Assembly: GCF_028641065.1 (NCBI RefSeq)
Contig: NC_073409.1
Coordinates: 12,276,001-12,340,000, forward strand
Direction of reading: 5' to 3'
Length of the DNA: 64,000 nucleotides
Origin: Leucoraja erinacea
Taxonomy: Eukaryota
Shown here: positions 34,999-48,034 of the stretch, piece by piece
How the letters are laid out: every line of letters starts with the position of its first letter
Numbering within the stretch: position 1 is the stretch's first letter
Translations under genes and position numbers: made by a program
The notes under the pieces: generated by a model
Database searches by the model: none
What the model was told of the DNA's origin: nothing
What the model saw: the letters and a program-made list of their open reading frames with translations, nothing else

Positions 34999-36606
34999 CT
35001 GAAAAGCGCAAACAGAAAAGAACCCATTAGCCCATTAGTGGACCTCCTATACCTTCCTGCAATTTTAAATATAGTAATGTCAGTGTCACTTTAAAAGTAC
35101 TATAGAAAATGGTGCATAGGTCAACCGAGTGTTTGTGGAAATTAGTAAATGTATGGAGAATATAACCTTGAGTGGTGCAACATGTTCTGTGGTGTGTGTG
35201 TTTAATAGTGTTAGGATTAGTAGAATTTATTTTTCAAAATATTAATTATTGATGTATGTATTGTCATGTTTATTTCAAGTAAAGTGTAATGGAATCAGAA
35301 GAATGCAGTTGTAAAACATAAGCCAGTATATTATTATGGAATCATTGGAATTTCAAAACATGAGTTTTTTTTAACAAAAATGCTTTTATGTAGGGGGAAA
35401 ATTTATTTTGAACCCCAGAAATCTTTATCTTAAAATTAACGTTCTTAAAAGCAGGTAGAGGTTGCTGCCTATTGTGATGTGTGCATTAGATTTTATGGTC
35501 CCTTTAAGGAGAAAAAAAAAACAATGGCCTTTCCTGTCCTAATGTGAACTGATTATAAAGTAACTGAAAACCAAAATGAAAAAGGCTACAGACAGCTGGG
35601 AAGTGAGTAACTTAAATAGTTCCATTTCTAATTGGTTGATGATGTCCGTTGTAACAAATTTCATTTATTCTCTGAATTTTTAATGAAATGGGATATGTTC
35701 CTTTTGTGAATGGGGTATCTTCATTTTGCAAATAGAGGAATGGTCTGATGTAGCTGCAAATTAAATCTTTCCATCTAGATAGTGGCATTGTTTCAATATT
35801 ATAGTTTGGTTTATGCTTTATTTGGAATTTGGAGTCAAAGCAATAGTTAATTCACTGCTGATAATTTGTAGAGAACTATGAAACATTTTGTTGACTGGAA
35901 TAGAGAAAGTGGTGACAATTTCTTAATACAGTCAATTTGTGAAGGTACGGAAACGTCTACTTGACCAAGGTAGCCATTTTGCTCATTCATAGTTACCCAA
36001 CTTTTCTGTTGCCTAGTACAAACCTTATTTTTGATCATTCAAGTCAGCTGATGTAGTCATTCATAACCTGTGAGTAAATCAAGCTTTGCCATGCTTCTGT
36101 TTCCCTGTCCACGTAATCTATATTTCAGGGTTATTCTGCAGATAATAACTTTTGTGTTACTTTTGCAATATTTTATAATTGGGAGGTTTTGCACTGAATT
36201 AATTGCTGTGTTTTCCCCCCCATTCTAACAAAAAATCTCAGACCTGAATCATTTACTATTTCTCTTCACACAGATGATGCTTGACTGTGTGTGTATTTCC
36301 AAGTATTTTCAGCTTTTAACTTGTAAAATTGTCCTTTAGTTTAGCTTAATGTGACCTTTTATGGGATGGTTAGAAAACACCGTATGTGATGCTGTGGATG
36401 GGATTGTACTGGAGAGAGTGCAGAGGAGATTCACCACAATGTTGCCCGATTATAGGATTCTAGCTATGGGGAGAGATTGGATAGGCTGGGCCCATTTTCC
36501 CTGGAGCACAGGAGGCTGTGGGTCAACTCGAAATAAATATATAAAAATAGAAGAAGCGTAGCAGGGTAGGTAGTGCAAAACTGTTTTTCCTATGGTAGGT
36601 GTATCA

Positions 36607-37090
36607 TAGAAACATAGAAATAAGGTGCAGGAGTAGGCCATATGGCCCATCGAGCCAGCACTGCCATTCATTGTGATCATCCAAAATCGGTACCCCGTAC
36701 CTGCTTTCTCCCCATATACCTTGATTCCATTAGCCCAAAGCGCTATATCAAACTCTCTTGAAAACATTCAGTGAATTGGCCCCCACTGCCTTCTGTGGCA
36801 GAGAATTCTACAGATTGACAACTCTCTGGCTGAAAGTTCTTCCTCATCTCAGTCCTAAATGGCCTACCCCTTATTCTTAAACAAAGACCCCTGGTTCTGG
36901 ACATCCCCAACATCAGGAACATTTTTGCTGCATCTGGCATGTCCAATCCCTTAAGAATTGTATTTGTTTCTATAACATTCCCTCTCATCCTTCTAAATTC
37001 CAGTGAATACAAGCCCAGTCGATCCATTCTTTCATCATATGTTAGTCCTGCCATCCCGGGAATTAACCTGATGAACCTACGCTGCACTTC
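36607..37090 (-). mobile_element. CR1 3' fragment nested inside an older + strand CR1 (~36365-37310)
   Basis: Direct repeat GTATCA at 36601-36606 and 37091-37096; the host element continues after the insert. Confidence 0.88.
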
Positions 37091-37726
37091 GTATCAAAAA
37101 CAAGGGCATAGGTTTCAGTTAAGAGGTAAGAGATTTAAAGAGGACCGTAGTGGATTTTTTTATTCCACAGAGTGACTGATATATGGAACGCCCTGCCAGA
37201 GGAGGGCGGTGTAATCAGATACATTCACTTTAAGAGGCATTTAGACAGACAGTTAAAAAGGCATGGCATGGAAGGTGTGGCCTTAATGCTGGAGATGTGG
37301 TCAGATGACCCCATTTCTGTGCTGTTTGACTCATACTCTGGCTAATGCATATTCCAAGGTATTTACAGCAGGCAATAATAGTGAGCTGCCACTGTCTGAT
37401 GCTAATCAAATAGAATGGATGGGCATTGTTACTGAATAACACTCCTTCCCATATTTTGATAAACACACACAACTGTTCTTTGTCGAACGGGGAGTGGGAG
37501 GGTGATTACTTGAGTTATATAAATAATTACATCACTTCTTTGTGTTCTGCAAAGAAGCAGAGGGACCTTTGTGTCCCATAAGGTGAAATATCATCAGCTA
37601 GGCAGCCCAGAAAAAAGACAATGGTATAATTACTACATTTGTGCTCTGGCTAGAGCAGACATTGATGGGCTTTGTTGCCTTGCTCCTAAATGTGCTTCTA
37701 ACGCCTTTGTGACGATGTTCACCTAC

Positions 37727-37790
37727 CTGCAGCAAGCAGTGCATTGGTGGTTGAGCACGTCTCAGCGGCCTTACGCAGCCAGTTTTCAAT
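37727..37790 (-). CDS. LCTL: LCTL exon 12 (IENWLRKAAETCSTTNALLAA)
   Basis: gggtag| ... G|gtaggt; 64 nt. Confidence 0.92.
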
Positions 37791-37904
37791 CTACCCAAAG
37801 AAAAGTGGAAAGTTTGTTTAATCACCATCATTTGGATAAAAACCAACATTCTGCTGCCGTGGGGAGGAAAAACAATGTTATGGTAAACAAAACATGGGAG
37901 GTGG

Positions 37905-38100
37905 CCAGTGGGGGAGGTCGGGAGGGAGAGTGGGGGTGTGGGATAGGGGGGAGGTGAGGAGTGGGGTACGGAGGGGAGAGAAGTTATGGAGGGAGGGAGT
38001 GAAGGTAGGGGAAAGGAGAGGGAGGGAGAGGTGAGGGATGAGGGGGAATGGAGGAGGATAGGTGTAGAAAGAGGGATGGGAGGTGAAGTTGGGGGAGGGT
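37905..38100 (+). repeat. G/A-rich low-complexity tract (G-quadruplex-prone)
   Basis: More than 15 runs of GGG or longer. Confidence 0.8.
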
Positions 38101-38262
38101 TGCCATGACTCGCGTCACAACGGGGATCCCTGGCGTCACAATGGGAATGGGTGAGTGGTGGAATATTGCGTTGGTGGAACGGGGCTCGACCGGTCTCACT
38201 TGGCCGAGTAATCACGGAAAGTGAGTATTATTGTTGTTAATTAAATAAACTGTGGTACTCAC

Positions 38263-38462
38263 TTCTCTCTGGTTGGGAAATCCATTGGAGCTGATCATCT
38301 TCCTGTAATATTGAACTGAAGCCTTGGGATACCTTCTCTTGTGTTTGGTTTTAAAATCAATGTAGTAAAGGCCAAATCTTTCTGAATACCCTTCATCCCA
38401 TTCAAAATTATCCAGCAGTGACCAGGATGTGTAACCCTTCACTTGAGCACCATCTTTCACAG
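38263..38462 (-). CDS. LCTL: LCTL exon 11 (AVKDGAQVKGYTSWSLLDNFEW...GFPNQRE)
   Basis: ttgcag| ... |gtgagt; 200 nt. Confidence 0.95.
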
Positions 38463-39683
38463 CTGCAATGTTTCAAAACCACATGTGATTATAAACACAA
38501 CGATTTGATATAGCATCAGGAAATGCTGGAAACTCATCATCATCTCATGAGTATTTGCATGAAGAAAAATTCAGATAATACATACATAGCAATGTTTCAG
38601 TCAGAAAAAAAGGTTTAGGTCCCAACCACTGTGAATTTTGTTTACTTTGGTTGAATGATACTAAAATAACTACAAATCATGTTTTTCTCAAAAAGGCTAT
38701 CAGGATTGATTGTTCTCAATTGCAGCATCTAAAAATATGAGCAGATGTTTATTTATTGATAAGAGATAAAGTAGCCATTTCTCCTATCTTTGTATCATCT
38801 CTCTCTGCCTATCGTAATCAAATCAGTTCTCTCCCCTGCTTTCTCTCCCTGACTGTCTTCTCCATCTTCACTCTTATGTTCCTTTTTCTCTCGCTGCCTT
38901 CCGTCATGCTCACCCTCGTTCTCTTTCTCTGTCTCATCGTTTTTTACTCTAGCTGCTGCATGGTGGATTTTGTTTGATTTTGTTGAACGATGTAGAGCAA
39001 ACACTGCTACCACCTGCCTCTCCACTGTCATGGCAAATTTGCCGTAAGAATAGAGCTTTAGTGGTCTGGGTCTGTATTGTCACGCAAGAATGAGAGGTGA
39101 TCTCATTGAAGTTTTGATAAAATACCTGTCAGCCTTGACAGCTGTATGCAGGTTAGTTCCACTTGCTGAGGAGTTTAATCGATTTCTGGATACAAAGGGA
39201 GTTGAGGGATAAGGAGATAGTGCAGGAAAACTATGCTGAGGGAGATCAGCTAAGATTATGAAAGGTTGAATGGACTACTACTCCTAATTCTTATGTTCCT
39301 CAACTTATTTAGAATCTGTATAATTTAAACAATTTTTTGCAACAAAATGTTCATAACAACATCCAAATATGCAAGATATATGGAGGCACTAGTACCAAAA
39401 TGTTAGATGATTTCTGTAATTAACACACTTTGAGGCTGCAGGAATATGCAATCGCCATGCGAACAGTACCCGAGATCAGGATTGGATCCAGGCTACTGAA
39501 GGTGTGATGTACTAATTGCTGCAACAACGTCCCTACTAACCTTCAGCAGACTAGAAAATTTCATTTAAAAACAAATTCACGTCTTCTAATTTTTGTTCAC
39601 TCCCATGGGGGAATAACAACCGCAATTAATTCATATTAATGTATTATCATGGAAAATGCCTTATTTAGATAATGAAGACCTAC

Positions 39684-39810
39684 CTTTAAGAATCTCATTA
39701 ACATAATTATTCATGTACTGTATTCGCCACTTATCACACAACTCAGTACACTGCCATTTCTCCGACACTCCATTTTCTGTCACATAGATCCTAGGGTTAC
39801 CATATCGACT
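39684..39810 (-). CDS. LCTL: LCTL exon 10 (SRYGNPRIYVTENGVSE...YVNEILK)
   Basis: tttcag| ... G|gtaggt; 127 nt; nucleophile Glu codon at 39775-39777. Confidence 0.95.
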
Positions 39811-41894
39811 CTGAAACAAATCAGAAAACAAAAGTGTTGCAAATCAAATATTTCATTCCCAAATTTCAAATTTATTGTTAGTCGAACTCATCCAGACTGA
39901 CTTTTTTATTTTAAAGCCAGGCTTGACAGAAAGCCGAACATGTCTTGCATTGTTGACCAATTGTAAATAAGCCAATTCTGCTGGAGTGAACTATTACATT
40001 GTGTATTGTTTTAAATGCGTGTGGTGATTTTTTTTTTGTACAAAGAGCTAGAGATTTCTGAACAAATGAAGTTGCTGTGTGCAAATTCCCACAACTATGT
40101 ATGGTATTTATGACTGGAAAGCAATTTGTTTGTTCAGCACCTTTGGATCGTAATTAGTGAGGAATCACAAAAAGTCGTTTTTCCAAATAATATGCAATTT
40201 ATGAGACCAACCTTTTTTTTTTTTTTTTCCAGATGCACTTATCGCAGGAGCTTACACATGCCCTTCACCTCAAATCTATGATAGCACAATTAAATGTCTG
40301 AAATGTCTCCCTGGAATTTTCTGTTATTTTTGCTGTTTATGTATTTCATGTTGTTCTGCTTCTTTTATTAAAAACATATTTTCTAAACTTCTATGTGATT
40401 TAAAAATGATGCTGGATATGGTGTTCATTTTCCAAAGCTTCAGTTAGAAGCCTGATTCTGAGTCTGTGTTATAGTCCCGGTACAAGTGTGGATAGATTGT
40501 CCACGGTTGTCACAGTGGCAGATGGATGAAGCTTCTTCAGCACCACGTCCCAATCTTGTGATCTTGACAACCCAAAAGATCTTGGAACAAAAGTGGCAAT
40601 GCTGGAAGAATTCAGCCAGTTAAGAAGCATCTGTGAAGTGAGAAATCAGTTAATGTTTTGGTTATGAAGGGTCTTCAACCTGAAGTATTAACTGGTTACT
40701 CTTTCCATAGATGCAGCTTGATTGGTTGAGTTCAACACCATTTCTGTTTTAAAATCAAACACTTCCGTCTGGTGGATGGAATCTAACTTTCCCTCCATCT
40801 TGAACCTGTTGCTATTCTTTTATTATCTTTGAGAATGTTAAAATGAAGGAACTGCCGCCTACCTAAAGTACTGAGGGAATACCTCCACCACTAGGACTAG
40901 AGTGGCACAGAGATAGATGACCACCATCTTCCTGGGCAACGGGATGACGTAAATTCTGGGTGAGGTGGTGAAACTTATTTTTTAAGAAGATTTTCAAAAC
41001 TAATGGTGCATTTGTTCTCGTACTTCCATAATGCAGCATGAACCCAACTGTAATAATAAGGGAATAAAATAGTTCAGGAATTGTGCTTTTTTGTTTGCCA
41101 TTCATATATACAGCTCACTAATTCCTTATCCACCTCTTCCTATTCCACCTCTTTTCTCTAACCTTGCAAATTATTCCTTACCATAAATATGCAGTACCGA
41201 AGACGATATAGACCTGCCTTGACCACATCTACAGATAATGCATTACAGATTCCAACCACGTTATGTACAAAAAAAAAATCCTCTTGTGCCTTCTATCTTA
41301 TTTTATGCCCATAACCTCTATTTCCCGGGGCCCTTCAACAGTGATACATCCTCCCACTATCAACTCTGTCCTGACCCTTCATCATTTTATATACTTTAAT
41401 CTTTTCAACTGGAAAGGGACAGTTGCAATTTCTCCAATCTTTCCTTGAATTCATAGAGCCTCACTCCTTGAAATATTCTCATCGATCTTTTCATGGTTCT
41501 TTTTAATGTCTTCACACCTTTCCTCCCAGGATAGGAATCTGAGATAGAGCTTGTTATAATCTTTCATTGTTAGATTTGTTTTATCGTTGTGCCCGGTGAA
41601 GGGAAGTATTTACTGGTGTTGCACTTTGCAGGAAGTTTCCATCCTATCTGAGCTCCTAACATTTAATGAGCCTTTCTCTGAAGGTGGTCTAATGCACCAT
41701 GGATCGACAATGCAAACTGGAGGCTGCAAAGCGTAGTTAGCAAACTGGTGCCAAGGAACAGATCGGAGTTAATAACATCTTTGGTGAGTGCTCACGCTGG
41801 CTTAGCAGGGCAGCAGTATTAATTCAGAGTAAAGTTATACAGTGCTGAACATATAATGGCCTACTGAATGTAGGTGTAAGGATATGAGCGTTTA

Positions 41895-42600
41895 TAAAGA
41901 AAGAACACATTTATGTAGCATATTTAATAACTCAAATACAGCTAATTAAATGTTTTCTGCCATGATGCAGAAAACAGTCCATTTGTGTGTTCTATGATCC
42001 CACTACCAGCAATCTGAGGAGGAGTTAAATTGGTTGAGAGATAAATATAGACCTGAAAACTGAGAGAACACTATTTTTGAAGTATTGCAATGGGGTTTCT
42101 TGTTTCTTCCTGGAGATGGGCTCTTGTGTCTCAACCAAATACCAGATCTGTTCTGATGTCACACCGCCTCAGAACCACACTGGTCGATTATGTTTTCAGG
42201 TTTTTGATGTTACACTTGGCCCACATAGAACACTGCCTAGTGGGTGAAGGTTGAATACTTGTGGCTTGAGGTTAACACTGCAAAACATTTTCGGACTTGT
42301 CTTTGGATCAGTCGACTGATTGTACATTCAACTCCCACTATAGAGTTTGAAGACCATTCAAGTAGAGTAGTGAGATGAGACATTAAACCAAGATGCCATC
42401 TGATTCTCTTGGGCAGAAGGTGTTCTCTCCGAGTCCTGGCCAAATGTTAACCCTCAGTAAAAGAGTAGATGGTGTAGTTATCATCAGATTGCTGTTTGTT
42501 GGACTTTCTGTGCACAAACTGATGGCAGGTTTGAGAAAGGAGGACTTTGGCCTATAGTATGTTTACAAGTCATGGGATCATTAAATAAATAAACGTAAAT
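41895..42600. mobile_element. Head-to-head pair of Deu-domain SINEs (SacSINE1/AmnSINE1-like); further copies at ~60660-60900 (-) and ~45360-45620 (+)
   Basis: GATGAGAC.TTAAACC, GTTCTC.CC..GTCCTGGCCAA, ATTGCTGTTTGT.GGA...CTGTGCACAAA on + (42240-42600), with the reverse complement at 41895-42230. Confidence 0.65.
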
Positions 42601-42660
42601 CATTTGTCATTACTTCAAAATGAGAAATTGAATTACACGTCACCGATTTGTAGTAAATAC

Positions 42661-42935
42661 CTTAATAAAATTCAGGATCCTTCTGAAACCCCAGGGTACT
42701 GAGTAAAGCCATTCAGATCCTGGGTCTGGCCACTGTGGGTCGACGAGTTCCACTAAATCACGATCAGTGTGATAATTTGGTCCCTTGCTGTAATGGTAAT
42801 TCTTGTGAGTGATGTAACGGGTCGTGAAGTGACCCAGTCCAAAAAAGTCTGCCGTGCCTTTGATGAAGTGTTTCTCCTGTGGAGTGAAGGCAGGCAGTCT
42901 TGAGTTGCCCAGGCCTTGCTGTGAACTTTTTCTCC
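42661..42935 (-). CDS. LCTL: LCTL exon 9 (GRKSSQQGLGNSRLP...WLYSVPWGFRRILNFIK)
   Basis: caacag| ... |gtattt; 275 nt. Confidence 0.95.
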
Positions 42936-43849
42936 CTGTTGATTGAGTAAACACCATGGTTATTTAGAATTAGTTCAAAGATTAGATATTCTGAACACTA
43001 CCATTGGCTCCAATGCTAAATTTTCCCAAGTCTTGAACTGGCCCCATTTTGTCCTGGATTTTATCTGTCATGTCATTGAATTGCGTTGTCTTCATAAAAA
43101 TAGTTTTACATTGCTCGGATTCAATAAAAATCTTTCACATTTTATTAAATGGAAAGAGTAGGAATGAATGCAATATAGGTTGCTGGAAATAATTCTGACC
43201 AGCAGAGTAGATAGTGGACAAGAAGAAAAACTGTTCTGTTGGCACCCTGTTGAATATATAACATGAAAATAATGTATACATGCATTTCTGATGTCATATA
43301 GGACAATGTATCTTTCCCAGGCAATGCGTCTGTGAATCCCTTCTATTTACCACTTTTGGATTTTTTCGCTTCCTGTTTAAAATTCTTTAACTGATGCTGT
43401 CCCAGGTGCTGTGACATCATGAGTTGCCATCCACTGTTCATGCATGTCGTTATGATATAATGAATCTCTGCCTTTGCCTGCCTAATATAAATCCAGGCTT
43501 AAATTGGATGGCATTTACATCCATACTGCGGTACTTCTGGGGTCACATTTTCCCACCTGGCCTACTGAAAGCAGCAGTGAAGAAGGGAAATTAAAGAACT
43601 GCAAAATTGGTGCCATTTTAAATTATATTAAGAAAACAAAATACATTCTGTAACATTTGCCTGGTTGCATTTTAGGCTGCTAAATAATCCATTGGAAAAT
43701 CAGGATTATATGCGTCTAAACAGATTCATTTGCTCTCTGTTTTTAGTTTTTGTTGTGTCGGGTTAAGTTGCTATATAGGCTTTGTGTGTGTATGCATCTG
43801 TGTGTGGAGTGTGCACTCACTTTATTCCATCCTATTATTTTATACTTAC

Positions 43850-44011
43850 CAATACAGTCTTTCATAACTTGAGGGTAGTCGCCATTGAAAATAGGGTTGG
43901 CAAACCAGCCAAGATTAAATTGGATGTATCGCTCAGCAGCCTCAATATCCTTCTGGCTTGTAATGTCAACTGGATCTCCCCACTCACTTGTGATGGAAAT
44001 ACCCACCATGC
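43850..44011 (-). CDS. LCTL: LCTL exon 8 (GMVGISITSEWGDPVD...GWFANPIFNGDYPQVMKDCI)
   Basis: attaaag| (weak acceptor) ... G|gtaagt; 162 nt. Confidence 0.92.
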
Positions 44012-45131
44012 CTTTAATATTAAAATAATGTTTAATAGGTACCACATGAATAGTCTTTTAAATTAGAATATATATGTTTCAGTTGTGATTTTTGAAAATC
44101 AAAATGGTTCCTGAGTTGAAGATCATCCACTATATTTGTTCTCTTTCTCCACTGGTCAAGATCTCTTGGCTTTGATATTTGCTATGTTTTGGACTAAACC
44201 ATGTACTATGTAGTCTCCTGGTCTGTCAACTTCTTGATTCACAGTATGCTCTTCAAGAATATGACACAGGTCACCGTTGAGGAAAAGATAGTAGATGTCT
44301 GAATTGATTTTGGTAAGCCATTTGATAAAGTCCCTCGTGTTAGGCCTCCAGATGTTTTAGGCTCAGTGATCCTGGCATTCATTCAGCATTGTTGCCATCC
44401 TTCAACCACAAGAGCCCTATGTTCTTAAGGACCTTCCCTGACTCTCTTTGCCTTTTATCTCATCTTTTGGACACTGCTTAAAACTGACTGAATTTAGCTA
44501 TTTTGAATATGAAACATTATAATGTGGTAATGTGCATTAAAAGACATAGCTTAGTTCTATTCACAACTTCTTTCTCCATAATCTAGCAAATAGTTTAATT
44601 ATCTGTAATTTCTCCATGTGTATGGTATTATTCTGCTTTTGCAACATTTCCAGGCAGTGTATAAATAACATGCATAAAATATCATACTATTATTTCTTAA
44701 GTACTTTTGCCAATTACCTTAAATCTGTGCTCTCTGGTTTCTGTTTCTTGTCCATGGGACGGTTGTTTTTTTAATTTAATCTATCAAACCCTTTCATCAA
44801 TATGAACCTCTTTAAAACCTCTCAACCACCAATTTAAAGGAGGTTAATCCCAATTTTGCATAACTCCACAGAACTGCTCAGTCATTAATACTCACTGAAA
44901 TATAACAAATTGTGCTGAATTTAGGCCTTTCTAATGACTAATGAGATTATTTGAATGGAGCTTGTCTCATAAATTCTACTTGAAACAGATGATACATCAC
45001 CCTATCACATCTATATAGCAGAAAGTAGTCAAATCATGCAGTATACTTTACGCTAGACATTCCAGTTCACTCCTGTGCTACTTATTTGTTATATGTTTGA
45101 GACTTGTTCCTTATTTTTGAGAACTCGATAC

Positions 45132-45186
45132 CTTTTTGGCGACTGCGCCAGAGTCTATCGTACGTGTGCCAAGTTGTCGCGTGGGC
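45132..45186 (-). CDS. LCTL: LCTL exon 7 (AHATTWHTYDRLWRSRQK)
   Basis: ttcacag| ... G|gtatcg; 55 nt. Confidence 0.92.
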
Positions 45187-45731
45187 CTGTGAAAGAGAAG
45201 TCAACACCAAGAGTGTTACTGAAATCATGGCTTCTACACATTTTCCTCCCCCACAACCTTAATTAAAATTTTCAGCTGTCTCGCCCACCAAAAGGACCAG
45301 AAAAAGAACCTTCCACCAAAACCGGACATCAGAATGTGGTGAGTAAGGCTTCTCCCATTGGTGACCCTCGACCTTGGTCATGGATTGAAGCCACATTGTG
45401 GGAACCCGCTTGACTGATGCCTTGGTGCACTACTGAGGCAGTGCTCCACTGCCAGATGTCCTGTACGTTATATGGCAGATACTATGAGGCTGAGCATGCA
45501 TGTGCTGCTCATGTCCTGGTATCAACCACTGGCAAAACTGATTAATTCCTCATGTCTAATGCATTTTGTTTTATGCAAATTGATTGGAGAATGCTACATG
45601 AGGACCTCGTCAGATCAGGAAAGATGCTGTCTGCAAGCAAGTAGAGCAAAACTGATGATCCACTATCTGTTTTCTCAGAAATCCTCATAGATTGGAATCC
45701 AGCTCACTTGGTTCTGTTGACTGTGCTCCTA

Positions 45732-45905
45732 TTTAACTCACTGGCCCCAATCCTACATTCCCACTGAACTCACCAGGGCCCCATTGTCCCATTCCCTTTA
45801 ATCTCATGAAGACGCTGTTCCCATACTGCCTTTAATCTCATGAGGACCCCATTCTTATACTTCTTTTAAACTCACCAGAGCTGCATTCCCACATCCCTCT
45901 AAACA
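45732..45905. repeat. Degenerate minisatellite, ~5 units of 33-34 bp
   Basis: tttaatctcatgaagacgctgttcccatactgcc / tttaatctcatgaggaccccattcttatacttct / tttaaactcaccagagctgcattcccacatccc. Confidence 0.7.
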
Positions 45906-46076
45906 CCTGACTCACTGGAAAGTTTATCATAAAGTGAATTAAAAGTTAGTTGGTATTTCAAAAGGAATAATAACATCTGCCAGTCTGGCACCACCAAAGT
46001 ACCAAGTGTGCTAGATTATCAGAATTTAGTGTTCTTTTATTTCATTGTTAAACAATTTTTTGATATAGAAACTTAC

Positions 46077-46172
46077 CCTAATAATGTTATGTGCTGCCCT
46101 GTAACCTCCTATTCCATTAAGCTTTAACCCTGGGGCATGCAGTCCAACCTCGTATCCTTCGACAGCTATGGA
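46077..46172 (-). CDS. LCTL: LCTL exon 6 (SIAVEGYEVGLHAPGLKLNGIGGYRAAHNIIR)
   Basis: ttgcag| ... |gtaagt; 96 nt. Confidence 0.95.
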
Positions 46173-46467
46173 CTGCAATATATAATACATAAGCATCAAT
46201 GATGGTAGTCTAAACATATCCCACTTATTCCACTGTGATCTAAAGCTCCTGAATTGTACTTAAATTTCCCACGATGGAGCTGCAACCATGTAGGCCAGCA
46301 CCAGGCCTTTTCCCAAACAGGATCTATCCATCTTCCTTGCTTGCAGTCATTCGAAATGAGTGGCAAAGAAATAAGCATTTGTACCAGTTATTAGCCTGGC
46401 GAGGGATATTTGTCAGGTTTAAAAGAAAAGTGTTGACAGCAGGATATCTTCAAAAAAATGATTGTGT

Positions 46468-46890
46468 CTGAGCTATAGGGAGAGGTTGAGTAGGCTGGGA
46501 TTCTATTCCTTGGGGAGCAGGAAGTTGAGGAGTGATCTTATAGAGGTATATAATCATGAGAGGAATAGATTGGGTAGATGCACAGTCTCTTACCCAGAAT
46601 AGGCGAATCAAGGACTGGAAGACATAGGATTAAGGTGAAAGGGAAGAGATTTAATCGGAAGCTGAGGGGCAACTTTCACATAAAGGGTGGTGGGTATATG
46701 GAACAAGCTGCCAGAGGAGGGAGTTGAGGCAGGGACTATCCCAACGTTTAAGAAGCAGTTAGGTACATGGATGGGACAGATTTGGAGCGATATGGACCAA
46801 ACATGGGCAGGTGGGACTAGTGTAGCTGGGACAGGTTGGGCAAGTTGGGCCAAAGGGCTTATTTCCACGTTGTATCACTCTATGACTCTG
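46468..46890 (+). mobile_element. CR1 LINE 3' fragment (third family; related fragments at ~13115-13305 and ~31960-32220 on -)
   Basis: VVGIWNKLPEE peptide; tail gtatcactctatgactc. Confidence 0.82.
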
Positions 46891-48034
46891 GGTTATAGAA
46901 TTCTCATGTGAGATTGAGAGGGAGATCAATAATGGTGGAGCTTGATTGGTGGGACGAATGGGTTAAACAAGAAATTGCCCAGGATAATCCTTCATATATT
47001 TGCCATCCAACACATGGGATCAATTGGTAATTAACCAATTACAGGCCACTGCCTGCGACGAGGACATTGCAATACAGATCATAAACAGTTTGTTGAATTG
47101 ACGAGAATTTTGCTTAATTCATTCTCAAAAAAATAATATTTGAGAACTAATTAATTTTAGATCCTATGGTTCAATTTTTATATTTTTAATTTTATTCTTA
47201 CTTATGCTTTCAATTAATAAATGAAACAGAATGGAAACACGGTGGAGAATAGTGTAAGACGGGCTTCAGCTGAATAATATAGAAAAGTAAAGTTGGAAAA
47301 AAATGGTCTCAAGTCATCATAATTAATATTTATTTTGAAACCATTTTCAATAATTTTAGTTGTTACTTTCAAATAGAATTCTGAACACATGGCAGCGCTC
47401 AGCATTTTGAATATGAAAGGTAGTTGCCATGTTTCCAAAACAAAGTATGTCACTGCACCTCAGCTGGGTGAAAAGGTACGATGTAAAAGCAAGTCTTCTC
47501 CCTGTTCCTTCTGGGAACAGTGTGGCCATTTTTGCAATGGGCTATCATGCTACCAAAGCATAGAGAACCAAGTCTTTAACATTAGATTGAAACTAGATAC
47601 AATAAGAATGGAGAAAAATGTTTAATCATACTAATGTGAGCTTTTTTTAAATGGGGAGAGTTCAGAGCCTATTTGCTTATAAACAAACAACTGAGAGCAT
47701 ATATACAATTGTGCAATGTGAAAGAGTTACATTGTTACAAATAAAATAACTCTAATCGTGTACATAGAACAGTACAGTTTGGCCCACAGTGTCAATGTTG
47801 TACATGATGATAAATTATACTAATCTGCTCTGCCTGTATATGTGATCCATATCCTTCCATTTGTGCATAGCCACATACTTATAGAAACGGCTTTACTTGC
47901 ACACCTTTTTAAGGAATGCTGGAGTCGAAATGTATCAGTGCTGAATAATTGGTGACTGATACCTCTCATCTCCAGCGTTACGTTCCACAAGTTAATGTTC
48001 AATTAATCAAACTCCATTATGACATAAAACGTAC

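Noticed and set aside
36068-36137. Possible further LCTL cassette exon (DYVDRETEAWQSLIYSQ|gttatg)
   Set aside because: Weak acceptor and donor, not frame-preserving with exon 13, no recognisable homology.
37598-38215. 205-aa Pro/Ser-rich ORF on the minus strand
   Set aside because: Artefact of the low-complexity G-rich tract; it crosses LCTL exon 12 in a different frame.
45732-45905. ~34-bp periodic repeat, superficially CRISPR-like
   Set aside because: Units are contiguous and degenerate with no unique spacers, no cas genes, and it lies in a eukaryotic intron.
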